Positions 1 through 14,231 of a DNA stretch of 64,000 bases are shown here, in pieces. Below the pieces are notes generated by a model. That model was given only the letters and a program-made list of their open reading frames with translations, searched no databases and was not told where the DNA came from. Numbering within the stretch: position 1 is the first letter of the stretch; every line of letters begins with the position of its first letter. The DNA is from Trichoplax adhaerens (Eukaryota > Animalia > Placozoa), in the NCBI RefSeq assembly GCF_000150275.1, contig NW_002060943.1, positions 521,915 to 585,914 on the forward strand, read 5' to 3'. A program made the translations under genes and the position numbers.

Positions 1-348
1 AGACGGCAAGGAAATTCATCGATACCCAAAATGGCCGATACAATACAACATGAAAGTAGTTTCATGTCGAGAAAGACTGAGGGGAATCAATATGTTGGCT
101 TGCCAATGATAGCTAGCGTACGTGCAATATCCAAGTTTCAAGTGTAGATGAGTTGAGTTATGATGGTGGAATTGCGTCTAGTTGGAAATTGTGAAGGTTT
201 ATGCTGGGAAAATGGATTGAGCGATGATCCATTGGTTACAATATGTTTTCAATCAACAATTATCAAGTGGATAAGCGAGAGTATATCGCAATTTTGGTAG
301 TAATACCTCTTCAGTAAGGGTTACTTCCTCTTCTTCAGTGAACGCCAT
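1..348 (-). CDS. Possible 5' end of an unidentified gene running off the window start
   Basis: ATG at 348-346 gives MAFTEEEEVTLTEEVLLPKLRYTLAYPLDN directly beside the CAGTA island. A phase-1 join to an acceptor near 77 (ttgattcccctcag) keeps a frame open (FFLDMKLLSCCIVSAILGIDEFPCR) to the window edge. No family recognised. Confidence 0.3.
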
Positions 349-411
349 CTTGTCGCGTGTGATACTTTGATCTCGTACGAGCAGACGCAGATGAGCAAGT
401 TGATTTAGTGC

Positions 412-603
412 TGTTACCGTACTCTCTTCCCCATACAGACTACAGTAGTGTGCAATACAATGTGTACACAGTACTGCAGTGTTTACAGTACGTGTACTGT
501 AGTCTCTGATACTGATGATAGTACTGTACTGTACTGTACAGTACAGTACTGTATACTGTACAGTGTACAGTACAGTGTACACTCAGTGTACTGTACACTG
601 TAG
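412..603. repeat. CAGTA/TACTG (GTAC-core) low-complexity palindromic tract
   Basis: Dense runs such as gtactgtactgtactgtacagtacagtactgtatactgtacagtgtacagtacagtgtac; they produce spurious YCTVQYSTV ORFs on both strands. Confidence 0.9.
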
Positions 604-849
604 TCTGCGCAACATTACGTTATCATTTTGCACAGCTGTCCAATGTCCCGTCATGGACTGCTACACTATTTCGTGTTGGTCGTTAGCTCATTTTTGGTAT
701 ACCATATTGAATGTGGGTAGGACTAATTAGGAACCCACACTATTCGTTTGTCCACACTAATTGCCGTCGGTCGTGTAGTCGATTTCGTTGATCTCCTTCC
801 TTGTAGAAGAACATCTTCTACTGTCTGTACTGTATATTGTACTGTACTC

Positions 850-2090
850 GAGGAATCGATAGTCCTTGTGTTCTGCCACCTCCTTGTTATGACGCATGCG
901 CATGCCGACTAATGAAGACCCTCATCCACTCTAGTCTAGACGTCTAGTACAGTACTACAAAACGTTGCAAACGCTGCGCAATACTGTACTGTACACTGTA
1001 CACTGTACAGTATTTACTGATGGTTCTTGTGTTCTGCCACTTTGTTATCGCGCGTGCGCGGACTGACGAATGAAGATCCTCATTGACTCTAGTCTAGTAC
1101 TACAAAATGTTGCAAACGCTGCGCAATACTGTACATAGCAGCATGGAAAGTGTATACTGTAGACGTACTGTCCGTCCGTCACCCACTCTAGTCTAGTACT
1201 ACAAAACGTTGCAAACGCTGCGCAATACTGTACAATGTACATAGCAGCATGGAAAGTGTATACTGTATACTGTACTGAGTGGACACGTACTGTCACGTTG
1301 CCACCCAACAGATTCGCAGGTCATACGCTGTACACTGAGTATACTGCATTCGATTGAAAATGACGTCAACCGCCAACCGTCATCAATGGAAGCCTCATTC
1401 GTGTTTTTGTAGACACTGTAGTCAGTGTAGTGTATTTACTGATGGTCCTTGTGTTCTGTCACTTTGTTATTGCGCGTGCGCGAATGGACTCATGAAGACC
1501 CTCATTGACTCTAGTCTGGTACTACAAAACGTTGCAAACGCTGCTCAATACTTTACTGTACACAGCAGCATGGAAAGTGTACAGTATACATACACTAGAC
1601 CTGATCATTTTGCATAACGTGCTTTAGTGTACTGTACACGTACTATCGCACCTTTTCACCCTACAGGCTCGCAGGTCATAGGCAGTACACTGAGTACAGT
1701 ACTACAGTGCAGTCGATTGAAAATGACGTCAACCGCCCAACCGTCATCCATGGAAGCCTCATCGTGTTTTTGTAGACACTGGAGTGTATTTGTCACTGAT
1801 GGTTCTTGTGTTCTGGCACTTTGTTATTACGCATGCGCAAGCGAACTCTTGAAGACCCTCATGGACTCTAGTCTAGTACTACAAAATGTGTCAAACGCTG
1901 CGCAATACTGTACAATGGTCATAGCAGCATGGAAAGTCTATACTGTACAGTGTAGACGTACAGTACTGTACTGTCGCACGCTGTCACCTGACAGGTTCGC
2001 AGGTCATAGGCAGTACCACTGAGTCCCAGTGCAGTCGATTGAAAATGACGTCAACCACCAACCGTCATCAATGGAAGGCTCATTCGTGTT
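850..2090. repeat. Degenerate tandem array, full unit about 320-360 bp plus partial copies
   Basis: gattgaaaatgacgtcaacc recurs at about 1352, 1715 and 2037; actctagtct(a/g)g...tactacaaaa at about 928, 1087, 1185, 1508 and 1865; cttgtgttctg, gcagcatggaaagt and cgcaggtcata blocks also recur. Confidence 0.9.
1361..2053. promoter_or_regulatory. Three perfect CRE palindromes (TGACGTCA) within the tandem array
   Basis: TGACGTCA at 1361-1368, 1724-1731 and 2046-2053; the last is about 270 bp upstream of the RhoGEF ATG at 2321. Function is inferred only. Confidence 0.45.
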
Positions 2091-2320
2091 ATTGTCTTGT
2101 AGTTACTGATAACTGGGGTGAGGTGAGGCGAGAATCCCGCTCAACCGTGGTATGAACCATGGTCGAAATTGTGTTCAATGCGTCAACCGTACCGAGGGTC
2201 AGTTTACACTAGACAAGAGCTCGCCAGTGAATTTTGATTTCACTGGCTCCAGTGGACAATTTGCCTCCAGTAACTGTCTTCCATTTTCATGCTGAAATTG
2301 ATATTGCAAATGGTCAAGAC

Positions 2321-5300
2321 ATGAATAAGAATCGTAAAAGTTTACATCGTCAAAGCGATGCATTAACACTATCAGGTAAGCATTGCTTTATCATCATCCT
2401 TTTCGTCTATTTTGTCATTTTATTTATACTTTGGTCATTCATCCAGTACTGGACAGTAGGGACCCGTCTAGGTAAGGGTCCCTATATCACAGGCTTTGCA
2501 AAATGCATACTCAATGATTTTACTTTATGGCCTGCTGGCCTTGGACTGCATCATTTACAAGATAGTTATAGTAGTTTTTGAAGTCAGTAATGCAAAATAC
2601 GACATGCTGACGTAAACCAATACAGACTCTTCAAGTTAGAAACGATTTGCCCTTCTTTACTGTCGGGGGATATACGACTTGCATGGTCAATTGGTCATTC
2701 ACTGACGATGGACGAATGGTCCATCCAATCAACTGTAATAAGCAATAATAATCTTGAACACAATCTTCGACAACAGCATGGAATGGATATCATCATTGAT
2801 ACAATTACTCAAGTGATCTTGAAAAGGGTACTGATGTCTAATTCATGACTTCAACATAGGATAGCTATCATCAGTTTACAGTGTCAGTGTTGTACTATTT
2901 TCCTTCTGCACTTTACCTGCCAAACCCTTGGGTCTCTATCTTGTTGATCACTCCGGCTACAAGGTTGATTAAATTGAACACCATCTTCTACCAAAAAATT
3001 GCATTGCTGCATTGATTCAATTCGTTGCTCAACTTATATTAACTGACTATTGTAAAATAAAGGATATTGACATATAAGTATTACTCACAAAGAGAGAGTC
3101 CGTGCAGTGGCATAAAATTCAACGTCAATGTTAGCGTTAGCAATCCCTAATTAATGCCTTTGATATAATACTAAACCAATCAGTCAATCATCTTGTCAAT
3201 GGATGGGTTCTACATTAAATAGTAAGTGGTACGGTAGTCTATGGATATTCTACTCTTTTGATTGTTGCATTTTGAAGTTAAACCAAGCAGGTTATAGCGT
3301 TCATGAGGTTGAATTAAAGCCCCACTTCCTGGATAATTTTATTGTTACAATTAGCCAATTTGCATAGGTAGTAGTATTCTACTCGTTGCAGCCAATTATA
3401 AACAATCACTTTATGCTATCTCAGTCGACGAGAATTAAAAAGTAGATAGAAAGAGTCAATTAGTTCTTTGAACATATGATCTCCATGTACAAGTATTCTC
3501 TCTTTTTCCCCTGGCTGATGCTTGTTTTGAGTGAAAACCTTTACATACAGTCGTATTTTATACTGCTTACTGTAGTAGAGCAGTTGACGACAATATTATT
3601 TTAAGAACTAGTAATGGATCTTTTGATGAGGGGAAATCGTCAGGTCTATCAAAACGATCGCTAATGTATAGTAGTAACCTGAATAGAATAGATGAAAGAA
3701 TCTACCTACATTCCCTTCACAGTTATATTGAAAATAGTACACCGGCTTATGTACACATTTCATTATAATAAATAAGATGTTTACGTTTGTTAGCTAACTT
3801 TTACTTATATTGCACAGTAAAGCAGACAGGCAATCAATATTTTCTGTATGCTTGCAAATGGCACTGCAAAAAGTAAGCATGGACGGGGATTGATTAACTT
3901 AGGTAATCCATTGGTAGTCCGATTCCTACTTTATTGCTTGACTTCATTTATCCTTTTAAGTTGGCGATAGTCAGGTTAATGTGCCGCAATGCCGACCAGA
4001 TCATCCAACAGTCCTTAAGCTAAAGTAATATCAAATGTTGATTTGAAATGGGCAATACTCTAATTACTGTATATGCAAACATTGAGATAAGCGTCCATTG
4101 AATATTACAGCACTGTCATGGCGAATCTGACACAAGCTACAGTACATCAAAGTCAATCATGAAAAGGGTAAAGCCATCAACTACCAATCAGTAGCCCATG
4201 GTTAACTTACCAATAAAGAAAATAGGGTGGTTATCATGCCATACGGTAAACAATTGTTAATATACCAGACATCCGTCACTGCAATGATCGAACATCGTAC
4301 AGTTTTCTAATTTCCATGGCTTTGTCAACTTTTATTTACTGTAATTAGAAAACTTTTTTATTCCTATCTTTTAAAGGATCAACACATATTTTAATTTCTT
4401 TATTCGATGCTACGCTACTTTATGTCATACAATACAGTATGTCATTAACTGTAATCATCCAACATTGGTTTTATGTCTAGTTTAAATTCGTTTTAGTAAT
4501 GCTGTGTGATAGCATCGCAGAGGCTTTGCCACGCACATGTACTTCTTTCATGCAATCGCTGATTCTATGGCCAGACTTACTTGTACTGTGCTTAATTATT
4601 ATTATAATTATTGTTTCCATCAGTTGTTGAGCATGGGCTATCACTAATACATTAATTGAATGCTTATTAATTATTACATAACAGCTTGACCTGGGTATCG
4701 AAATAAATTGCTATATCAGGGCGGGTGCAATAATTATAATTATTAATAATTTTATTGAAGTTACTTTGGGCGCTCTTACTGATGGATATTTGAGGCAAAG
4801 GGAGGGAAGCAAGATAGTCCAGTGACCGAATTTTAAACATTGAGATCATCGGTGACGTGCGATAGAGCGGATATGTTCATTTCTAGAGTATAGAACACGT
4901 TTGATGTTTCATTAAGATAGTCAGCCAGCACCTAAATAGTTTAAACGATGTTTGTTTTAATCAACATATTAGCGTCTATAATACACTGTAGCATGTATGA
5001 ATGAATGAGTACTAATAATATGGAAAGGTGCGTAAATATTACATGTACCTTTATTAAAGCTGTACAGATGCTGCATTCTAAAATATTAAAGATCATGGTG
5101 TCTAATGACTGATATGTATTCTAAAAATCAGGTAATTCAGATCTCGAAAAATACATTAGGATAAAGATCACGAGATAAAGCGTATTTGACGATCTTTAGC
5201 ATAAGAGTATCACATAATTTTTAAACATTCGGCTATAAATAGCTACGTATACGAAATATTTAGTAACTGTTATGGCAACAGTCCACCCACATTGGACTGA

Positions 5301-8300
5301 ACTTCTCAAAATTGAGATATTTACCGTAGCATAAATTTTCCATATGCAACTCTAGAAGTGATTTTAAGTGATTACACGTACGTATGTATCGCTAGCTAAA
5401 GAATAATTAATTAGCTATCTTTCTTAAACTATGTAGTGAGAAATAAAATTGTTAACTGCACTATCTGTAAGCTACTATTGTTGTAATCTCGAATAATATT
5501 GTATTATTCAATTGCATGTCTGATACAGATACTGCTATCGTGAAACATATAGATAGTAAAGCGGTATAGACACTCTGGAAGCAGGATATTAATTTAATTT
5601 TATTCCATTTCGTATTGCAATATCTATTATTCAGGTTTTACTACACCGTTAGACATTCGAGAAGAGGAAAAGAAACCTATTGCTCTAACTAAAGTTGCGC
5701 CAGCTATTAGAATGAAATTTGCATATCTTACAGGTAAGATATAGACAAGTCTATTGTATTGTATTTGTTATGTCATTAAGTAGTAGTAGTTACTAGTTAA
5801 ATTTTAGGAAGCTGTTGCATCTTTTCGTATCGTAGGAGCATCGCTACAAAGTGTCACTTTATTATTTCATAACATTATAGGAACTCGAACCAAGACTGGA
5901 TGCCCTATTTTATCAATGCCATTATTTAATCATTTCGGTACTGTCGTTACGGATGATCTTTTGAAGGAGGTCATTCAATATTTTGTTGATAGTACTATGT
6001 AAGTTGACGTGATGATCTGTTACAATAACTGTAACATTGGATAATTCTACAAGATACTGTAAATAAATTATAATAGTTTTGAGCAGATTTTTGCTTTTAA
6101 CTTTGCAGGGTACATAGCAGTAGCAAGCGATTCGCTGTTGTACTTGATCGTAGATCGTCTTCATGGAATTCTGTTAAGTCACTATTGCGCAAATTGCAGG
6201 TAGGTCTGCTTAATGTATTAAACGAAAAGAGCTTAAATCTTTTCCTGGAGGGTTTTTAAAAATGGACTACATGGTACTTTTTATGTTAATCTCTAGGAGT
6301 TATTTGGCCGTTACATTGATACGCTATATCTACTTAAGCCACAAAAGATGATGGCAGTACTAGGAGGTGTATCCAAGTCTGAATTTTCTTTTCAAGTAAG
6401 TTACGTAGCAAAGGTGCTATTCATTCGGAAATTTATTTCCTAAACGGTTCTAAATTATGGCGTATCATTATATATCCACTTTGCTATGCAGATTATGCTA
6501 TTAAATACTATTGATGAATTACATCAGAACATTGGTGGTATTTTCCTAACTCAAGAATTCGGTGGATTTCTTAAGTTTGATATAAATACTTGGCTTAGTC
6601 ATAGGACCGTAAGTGATGAACTCTTATTATTATCGTAAATAAATATTTGCGCCTCTTCTTATAGTTAGAGTTGGCTTGAAAGCAATAAAAATGAATTAGT
6701 TAAAATACTCTCCTAGTTCGTAGAAGATGTTGAAAGCAAAGCAAGGCTATTGTTAGCGAAAATAAACTCTTTCGTTGGTTTCATTAGCCATCGAAAGAGC
6801 CTTATATCTGACAAGGCGGGCACATTGACGGAGACTACAGAATTCTTGAGTAAGGCGTTAAATGGTCAGCGTAGTGATTATTATAGCATTGTTGAAAAAA
6901 TTAAAGAATTGACTGAGGAAGTAAGAAAATTCAAAGATTCATTTAAAGACCACTCTAAAGAAAGCATTATAACCAAAAGCGGGTAAGTTATTTAAATGTT
7001 GATTAATTATAATTATTAATGATTTAGAAGTTGTTTTATTTTAGACTGTATTAAATAATTAAACTTGTGTTATGTGTAATCAGTATCAACTTGGATACTA
7101 TATCCAAAATAAATGATTTACTGGCGCGATTATCGGATACTCGTAACGACTTTAAAAAGAAATGGGTAAAACACGAAGATTATGGTATCCAGCTGTTAAA
7201 ATTATATAAATTTGAAGTTGACTTAAGTGAGGTAAGGTAGATTGTGATGAATCTTAGATAAAAAGTATGAGCCATAATCTTGTACCAGTTTTCTCAAGAT
7301 TTGATTATTTGTATTTAGATGGCAAAGAACATTAACATTGTTGATAAAGAATTGTCAGCGGAAGTTAATTTGGGAGATTCTATTGATCATGCAAAGTTAC
7401 TTCGAAAGATTACGACTGAATTGCAGATAAAATTTAAGGTATATTACAACATTTTCAGTATTTTAAATTGGTTGAAATAAACTAATTTGTAAATTGAATA
7501 CCATATTACTATTTGTGCGATTAAAATATCAATCGATCACTTCAATACATAGGATACAAAGATGACTTTGATGAAAGCTGGAAGCGAAATAAAGCAATTA
7601 AATTCTGATGACAAAAGCGTTGAATCTGAACGTTTAGTAACTATGTGGAAGGAACTCGATACCCAATCAAATAAACTAGAAGGAAGATTTAAGGCGCGAT
7701 TAAAAGCTTTATCTGATGTCTTGACGTTATATGAGCATATTAATGATGTAAGTATGCGTATTTGGAAAAAGATATTCTTTCATTATACGGTTAATTTGTG
7801 TAATTTAAAATGTTAACTTCTTAACGGTATACCACAAGATCGATAAATGGTGTTCAGAAAATTTAATGAAGCTGGCAATGCAATTTCGTACTGAATTTCC
7901 TGTCGTGGAGCAAAAAAATATTAAGAAAGAATTAGAAAAAATCACAAAATCTGCAACATCCATAAAATCTGATCATGTAGAAAAATTACAGGAATTTTCA
8001 GTTGACCATTTAAACCAGAAATTTAAGCAAAAGATACAAGATTGCGTATCTCACTTTAACAAAGTTACGTTAGCTAGTCAGCGACAGTCTACGATGTTAG
8101 ATAAGTTAGCGGCTACAGCAACAGAAGAAAAAAAACTGAAATCTGCAACCAAGCGGTCTGTCAGTGATAGCGGACCAGCTAGTTATGAGCCAAAAAGTCC
8201 TTTGGCTAAGCGAAAGGATAGTACTTTGCCTTCTAAAACTTCGACGACAAGTAAGGCTAATAATTCGGTTCCTGTAACTGGTGATCGTGAGGCGATAATA

Positions 8301-11138
8301 TCCCGCTTGAAGGTATCGATTTTTATCCCCAAATTATGAAGGTTCTAACATGTGCGAATTATATAATATTAATGTTCTACTCGCGTATGTGTACTGATTT
8401 GTTTAGGAGCATCTTGTTAGTTTACAAGAAGACGTGGATACTGAGACCGACCAAGATATTTTACGTAAACGAAGGTAAAATTAGATCACAGTTTATAAAC
8501 CTCTGCAATTTAATTTATTATTCGCGATAACATTGCCTACTGCTTGGAATAAATGATTTTGTTTGTTTCCAAACAGCCGAATAATGGATGAACTTATTAA
8601 TACCGAAAGGAGCTATGTCAACGACCTAGAAAGTGTCATTGGGGTAACTGTTCTCTAGTAAGAAATGACATTAAAGTAATGGCATTGATGTTTTCATGTT
8701 TTTGTTTATTATAAATTAGAATTACATGAAACATTTTGACGAAGGCAGTTCCACGTTACCAACTGTTTTAAAAGGAAAAAAGAAAATTCTATTTGGCAAT
8801 CTAACTCAAATTTACAGCTTTCATCATGGGTAATACTTTTTTCTGGTGTAATTCATTCTGACTGTAAAAATTGTGTGTTATACAATAATTACTTTCGTCG
8901 AAATCTTAACTTGTGACTTTTACGTTACTGGGTGTCTTGTAAAGTTCTTTCTTAAAAGCTTTAAACGACTATCGGCAATGCCCGGCGTTAGTTGGCCAGT
9001 GCTTTCTTAAATTTGTACGTAGACAATCATATGTGTATACGGTATAAACAATATAAATCTTACATACAAGTCTAATATTATACTGTAGAAGCCGGAATTT
9101 GATAGCTATTCTGTTTACTGTCAAAATCGCCCCCATTCGGATTCGTGTTGGGAAACACATGAAAGGAGCTGCGCAAAATTTTTTGACGTAAGTGAGGATA
9201 GTGCGTCCATGCAGCGATTCTAAAGTATATGTTCGTGAAAGATTCCTAATAGTTATGTACATCACTGTAACTTTCTCATTTATGTATAATTTAGTATTCA
9301 TTAGTGATGAATGATAGACTTGTGTTTGCTAATGAATCACGTAGTTAATAGAATTTACAGCTCAATATCAATTCATTTGCTTTAATATTATAAGTTTTCT
9401 AATCTTTATAGACGTGTAAGGCCAATGCGGGTCATATCTTGCCCTTAAATTCTTATTTACTAAAACCGATACAGCGTATTACGAAATATCAGTTATTACT
9501 GAAGGTTAGAAATAAACGATTTACTTTCGTTATAGTGAATAATATTGGCTTAATATTCAATAAGCATAATTTATTAAATTAGGATATGACAAAATGTACG
9601 GGCAACTCTAAGTTTGGGTCAGTTATTATCAAGGTAAACTGCCTGCTTATTCCCTACTGAAATCTAAGATGTTACAATTTATTTTCTATTAAAGGTGTAA
9701 ATTATACTTATGTCTTTAGGAAGCGTTAAGATTTATGCTATCCTTATTAGAAAGGCTGAATAACACAATGCATCAAATGCTGATTACAGGATTTAAAGTA
9801 ATATTTGATTAAAATTCAGAAATATCATGGTATAACGAATTGCCTTAATTATATATATGGTTGAATTTTTTTTCTTTTTTAATTAGGGAAATCTAACGTC
9901 TGAAGGAGCCATTTTGATGCAGGTTCTTGATTAATATCTTAGTGATTATAATCCTGAATTTTTGCGGCTTAAAAATTAAAAATTATTACTTTTATAGGAC
10001 TCATTCCAGACACATGAAATTTTCAAAAAATCTGCAATACCTGCTAATATTCCAGGGCAACGGAAAAAATACAAGCCAAGACATCTTTTTTTATTCGAAA
10101 ATAATCTCTTATTTACTAAGAAATTAGTTGATGAAAAGCAAAAGAAAAACGTATCATATCAGTTTAAGTCAAATATGAAGGTAGCGATAAAATTACCAGT
10201 TTTTTGCTTTTAGGATTCTGGAAGTTTTTCGATGTAATCAAGCCTAATATTGATATTTTTACAGCTTAGCAAGCTAGGATTGACAGAGACAGTAAAAGGA
10301 GATCAGTTAGCTTTTGAATTATGGCTAACCGGCCGTGAAAGGGTCGTCATTGTTCAAGTATGGTGTCTTATTGTTTCCTCGTTATAATGATTCATATCAC
10401 TTAGGCGTTATTTCGGTTATACATTTTGCCTATCAGTTGACTGTAACTTTTATATTAAAAGATTTTGTTGATTCAAATTGTTCATTAAATTGTTGTATTA
10501 CATATGCTTGTATATAGGCTGCCTCAGCAGACATTAAAAACAGATGGGTTGAGCAAATTCGACAGTTGCTGCTACATCAACTGAAGTCGGCAAAAGGTTG
10601 TTACTAATTGAAGAGCTGTCGTAGTGTAATAGTAAACATGTAAGAGTGGTAGTACTTTAGATAACATGACTTTAGTTAAGATGTAATCTGTACAATACTG
10701 CACTATAACTATCTAAGACATGTTATAATAGTGCTTTAGTCTCCAAGGAATCTATTTGCTTGCAGTACATTCTTTTACCAACTGTTACTGGTCCTAAAGG
10801 CAATGTTTAAAATTTCATTTCTTTCGATATTTTTTTTGTTAGGACAAGCTAGGGCTATGTCGTTCAATGGTGAGTCTGCAACTGTGCCCGTAATTTTTTA
10901 TAATAATGTTTAGACGATAACTTCAGTAGTACCACATATTTGATTGTTAGGATGTATAATTATTTTTTATGACGATAAATTAGCTCATAAGGATGTTAAG
11001 AGTAATCAAGGACAGCTATCAACGCTTGCTGCTAATACGCTAGCAGTATTGCCAATGTTTGCAGACGGGAATAGCGATGCTGAAGATATGTGGTCAGATA
11101 GTGAATTTGCAGATGGCGACGATGAAGGTTTTGATTAA
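2321..11138 (+). CDS. MCF2L: MCF2L/Dbs-family RhoGEF, paralog A (Sec14/CRAL-TRIO, spectrin, DH, PH; no SH3 seen), 25 coding exons
   Basis: Approximate exons: 2321-2375, 5635-5733, 5881-5998, 6109-6199, 6297-6395, 6492-6608, 6717-6982, 7084-7231, 7319-7438, 7553-7747, 7839-8312, 8407-8474, 8577-8643, 8720-8829, 8945-9014, 9089-9187, 9412-9504, 9583-9633, 9720-9797, 9887-9922, 9998-10180, 10265-10357, 10518-10596, 10843-10869, 10984-11138. Motifs: Sec14 FAYLTGTRTKTGCPILSMP, VVLDRRSSSWNSVK, LTQEFGGFLKFDINTWL; DH ELINTERSYVNDL, ILFGNLTQIYSFH, YLLKPIQRITKYQLLLK; PH RHLFLFE, LGLTETVKGDQLAFELW, KNRWVEQIRQLL. The first-exon assignment is less certain, and the symbol denotes the family rather than one-to-one orthology. 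Confidence 0.9.
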
Positions 11139-14100
11139 CTCTAGAGGACAATAATTTTTATGGCGATTATGTCGACTATATTTTAGCACATGCTGTTGAT
11201 GTTGTATTATAAGCATTTGTTTACAACGAAATGCAATATTTGTAATATATATTCAGTGCATCGTTTACTTCGTTGAAACTCTGTCACGATATACCATGTA
11301 GCTTTACTATGTCTGGAGCTGTTTTAAGATACAGCTTGCTATCAGAATTACTAAACGATAGCTACGACGAGTTATAAATTTTGTTGGTGCTTTCTTTTAG
11401 ATTTCTTTTGTAATATAATAGTTATGAAAGCACTTTTATAAACAGTACGATAAAATATTGGATGATATTTTGATCACTGGGTTATGAGCCTTACATCGAT
11501 AGCTTGCCAACTTTTATTTCAGATTATTAATGTAGTCAGATCTTAACTTTCGCACTTTCTGCGATAGTTGACTATCATGTTATTTGTTAATTGTAAGTTA
11601 CATTATCGTATTGATAACAAGCCTCACGTTTGTTTTATGGTATTCGCCACCGTATGACTCGATTTTTAAAAAATTTAAAACATTCAGTCATATTAGTATA
11701 TCTTGGTATACCAATTCCAGTTGTAATTAAGAAATGTAGTTATATTCCTCAATGTATAGGATAGAGCGTAAGGAAAATTAATAAATTTAATGGCCTCTTA
11801 GGACAACATTCTATTCTAGAAAGGCTTAGGAAACTATCGATTGACTTAAGAAAATGAAGCATTATTTTACGAATTACTAATACCCCAAATTTTGTGAACT
11901 CTTTTGTAATGGAGCTAGAAATTTTGATTAATATCTATGTTCGTGAATCTCACTCCGGACATACGCGTGTGGCTGCATTCAATGTGTGTTATCATTAACT
12001 ATGACTATTATCCGTATCATGGTAGTTGTTCCTACAAGAATATCTAGTGATGAGTTAGATAATAGCTTATTTCTACAGAAGCATGAACTGCGCGAAGTCA
12101 TGCACCTCAATTTCGTAACGATTGTGATTAGAAAGGATTGTTCCTTCGATGATTTTATATTGATTTATGATGGTTACAATTTTCTCTAGGCAGAAAAATA
12201 AAGGTCCTAGGGAACAACAGTGTAGTTGCTCTTGTATATCCTATAAATCAGATCCTAAAAATGCTATATATAATTTAGAGAGCAGTTGCAAAGGCCAGCT
12301 ATGAGGAAAATGGATTGTTTACATCTACACGAGTAGTTTGCTTACCAATGGAATATGAAGTCGTAAGGCATAGTACGGTTGTGTTTTTAATCTTTCTATA
12401 GAAAGTTAAATTAGAATAGGTCCAACATATCGTCCTAGATCTAAATGACGATATAATTCTTTATGTATGGTAACTAACATAGAATCATTATAAGAGCACC
12501 ATATCAAATAAAAATTTTTACAATCGCTGAATACTCTACAATCTCATGGGTCATATACGTGTATGAACAACAAAGGGAAACAGATTCCATTAACGATAAT
12601 TTAATGAGGTGATAGATAAGTACAACATAAAAACAGTCGAAGTTAAATTTCTTAACAGAAGTAGTTCTTACAATACAGAATAATTAAATGTTGTTTGTTT
12701 GTACGACATAAAATTAAAAGAATATTGTCTGATATGTGAAATATTACAGCATCTACAGATACATATTAAGAAATGATAAATGAAAACTAAAAATTTTGGT
12801 ACAAAAGTTTAAAAATGTGATATAATACATCCTGCATAAAAATTATAATGTGAAAGGAATCCCCTTTAATAACATTGACTTACTGGTTAAACTTATCAAT
12901 CTAACCAACGGTAATTAAAAATATTGCCATATCGACTGTAAATCTTAAAAAGCAGCACCACTTTGCCAAAATCAAACAAAGTTGATAATTTTGTCATCTT
13001 ACGGCAATCCGTTTAAATAATTATAGAGTAGTAAAGTCGTTGATCGTGATAATGTATCACTTTTTCTCTATATGCTCGTACATCGAACAATTATATGATT
13101 ATCAACAATGTTAAAGATATATGATCGCTATCCCGAAAATCATTACTGTTTTGGTCTATTTTGCATTATGCTTTAAATGCCGATTTGGCTTGATAGATTC
13201 CTGTATAGATATATTATTTTAGCGGATAAATGTAATTGCAATTGCAGTAGGGTATTATAAGTATTAACAATACAAATTATTATTTGAAACCACTTATAAA
13301 ATTTTCAAATTCGACAACTAGAATATCTTTGGATAATTATTTCAATCTATACAGCCACAGGTAAATGAGGAAATGCAAAATTATTAAAATATTTTGTGCC
13401 TACATAGCCTGTTCTATCTGTCAATACTATATTATTAGTTCTGGAAAGTGTATAAACGAAAAAATAAATGAAATGATATGATATTCCACATTAAAATAAA
13501 AAGACTTAGCTGTAAATACTGATTTATAGAATGACTATGTCAGCTAAGGATAGCATTACAACGATTTACAGTTTAATAGTATATCACTAACTTATGTTCA
13601 CCAATTCGACTTAAAATTTAATGCAACGCAATGACTAAGCTAAGATACGAAAACTATAGAGTAGAATCAACCCAGTTATATTTAATTAAACCATTTGAAT
13701 TATAGTCAGCACATGGTGAGGTGCGTAAATAGATTAGGTGTTGAATGATTATTAAATGAAGTCGAATACATTGCGCGGGTTTAAATTACAAAATATTTTA
13801 CATTCCGCGAAAAGCGTAAAAGTTTCGATCACAAGGATGGATCTGCATCAACGAAGATTTTATCATACGAGTAAGTCATAAACGCATCTGAGTCAATCTT
13901 TCTCTTGCACAACGAAGGTGCATACTCGTATGTTCGGTAAGAACATATTTGCAATATTGTCCCGTTACTGTTCAGCATTAATTGCTTCATACCAAGTGGA
14001 AGCCCTATAATCAAAAATGCCCTTGTTCAGAAATTTGCATGATTTAAAAAAATACAAAATTGAATGCTACAATATTCTGATAAGCGCTCTATTTAACTGC

Positions 14101-14231
14101 AACTGTATCTCTATGACTGTAACTTGAATTATTTAAGAAAGTATACACAGTTAATAGCACTTTGGATGCACAATAAATTACTGAGCTAGTTCTTACTTGT
14201 TTGTCCGTCATATAAGACGATGGTTTAATTA

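Noticed and set aside
253-2022. ORFs rich in YCTVQYSTV (also 26464-26730, 32719-32988, 33098-33362)
   Set aside because: They are translations of the CAGTA/TACTG repeats, open on both strands because of low complexity, with no protein-like features.
850-2090. CRISPR-like repeat/spacer array
   Set aside because: The intervening sequences are themselves homologous, spacing is irregular, the context is eukaryotic and there are no cas genes.
11139-14231. Short ORFs (11986-12189, 13829-14014) between the convergent RhoGEFs
   Set aside because: No homology signal or exon chain; most likely 3' UTR or intergenic sequence.
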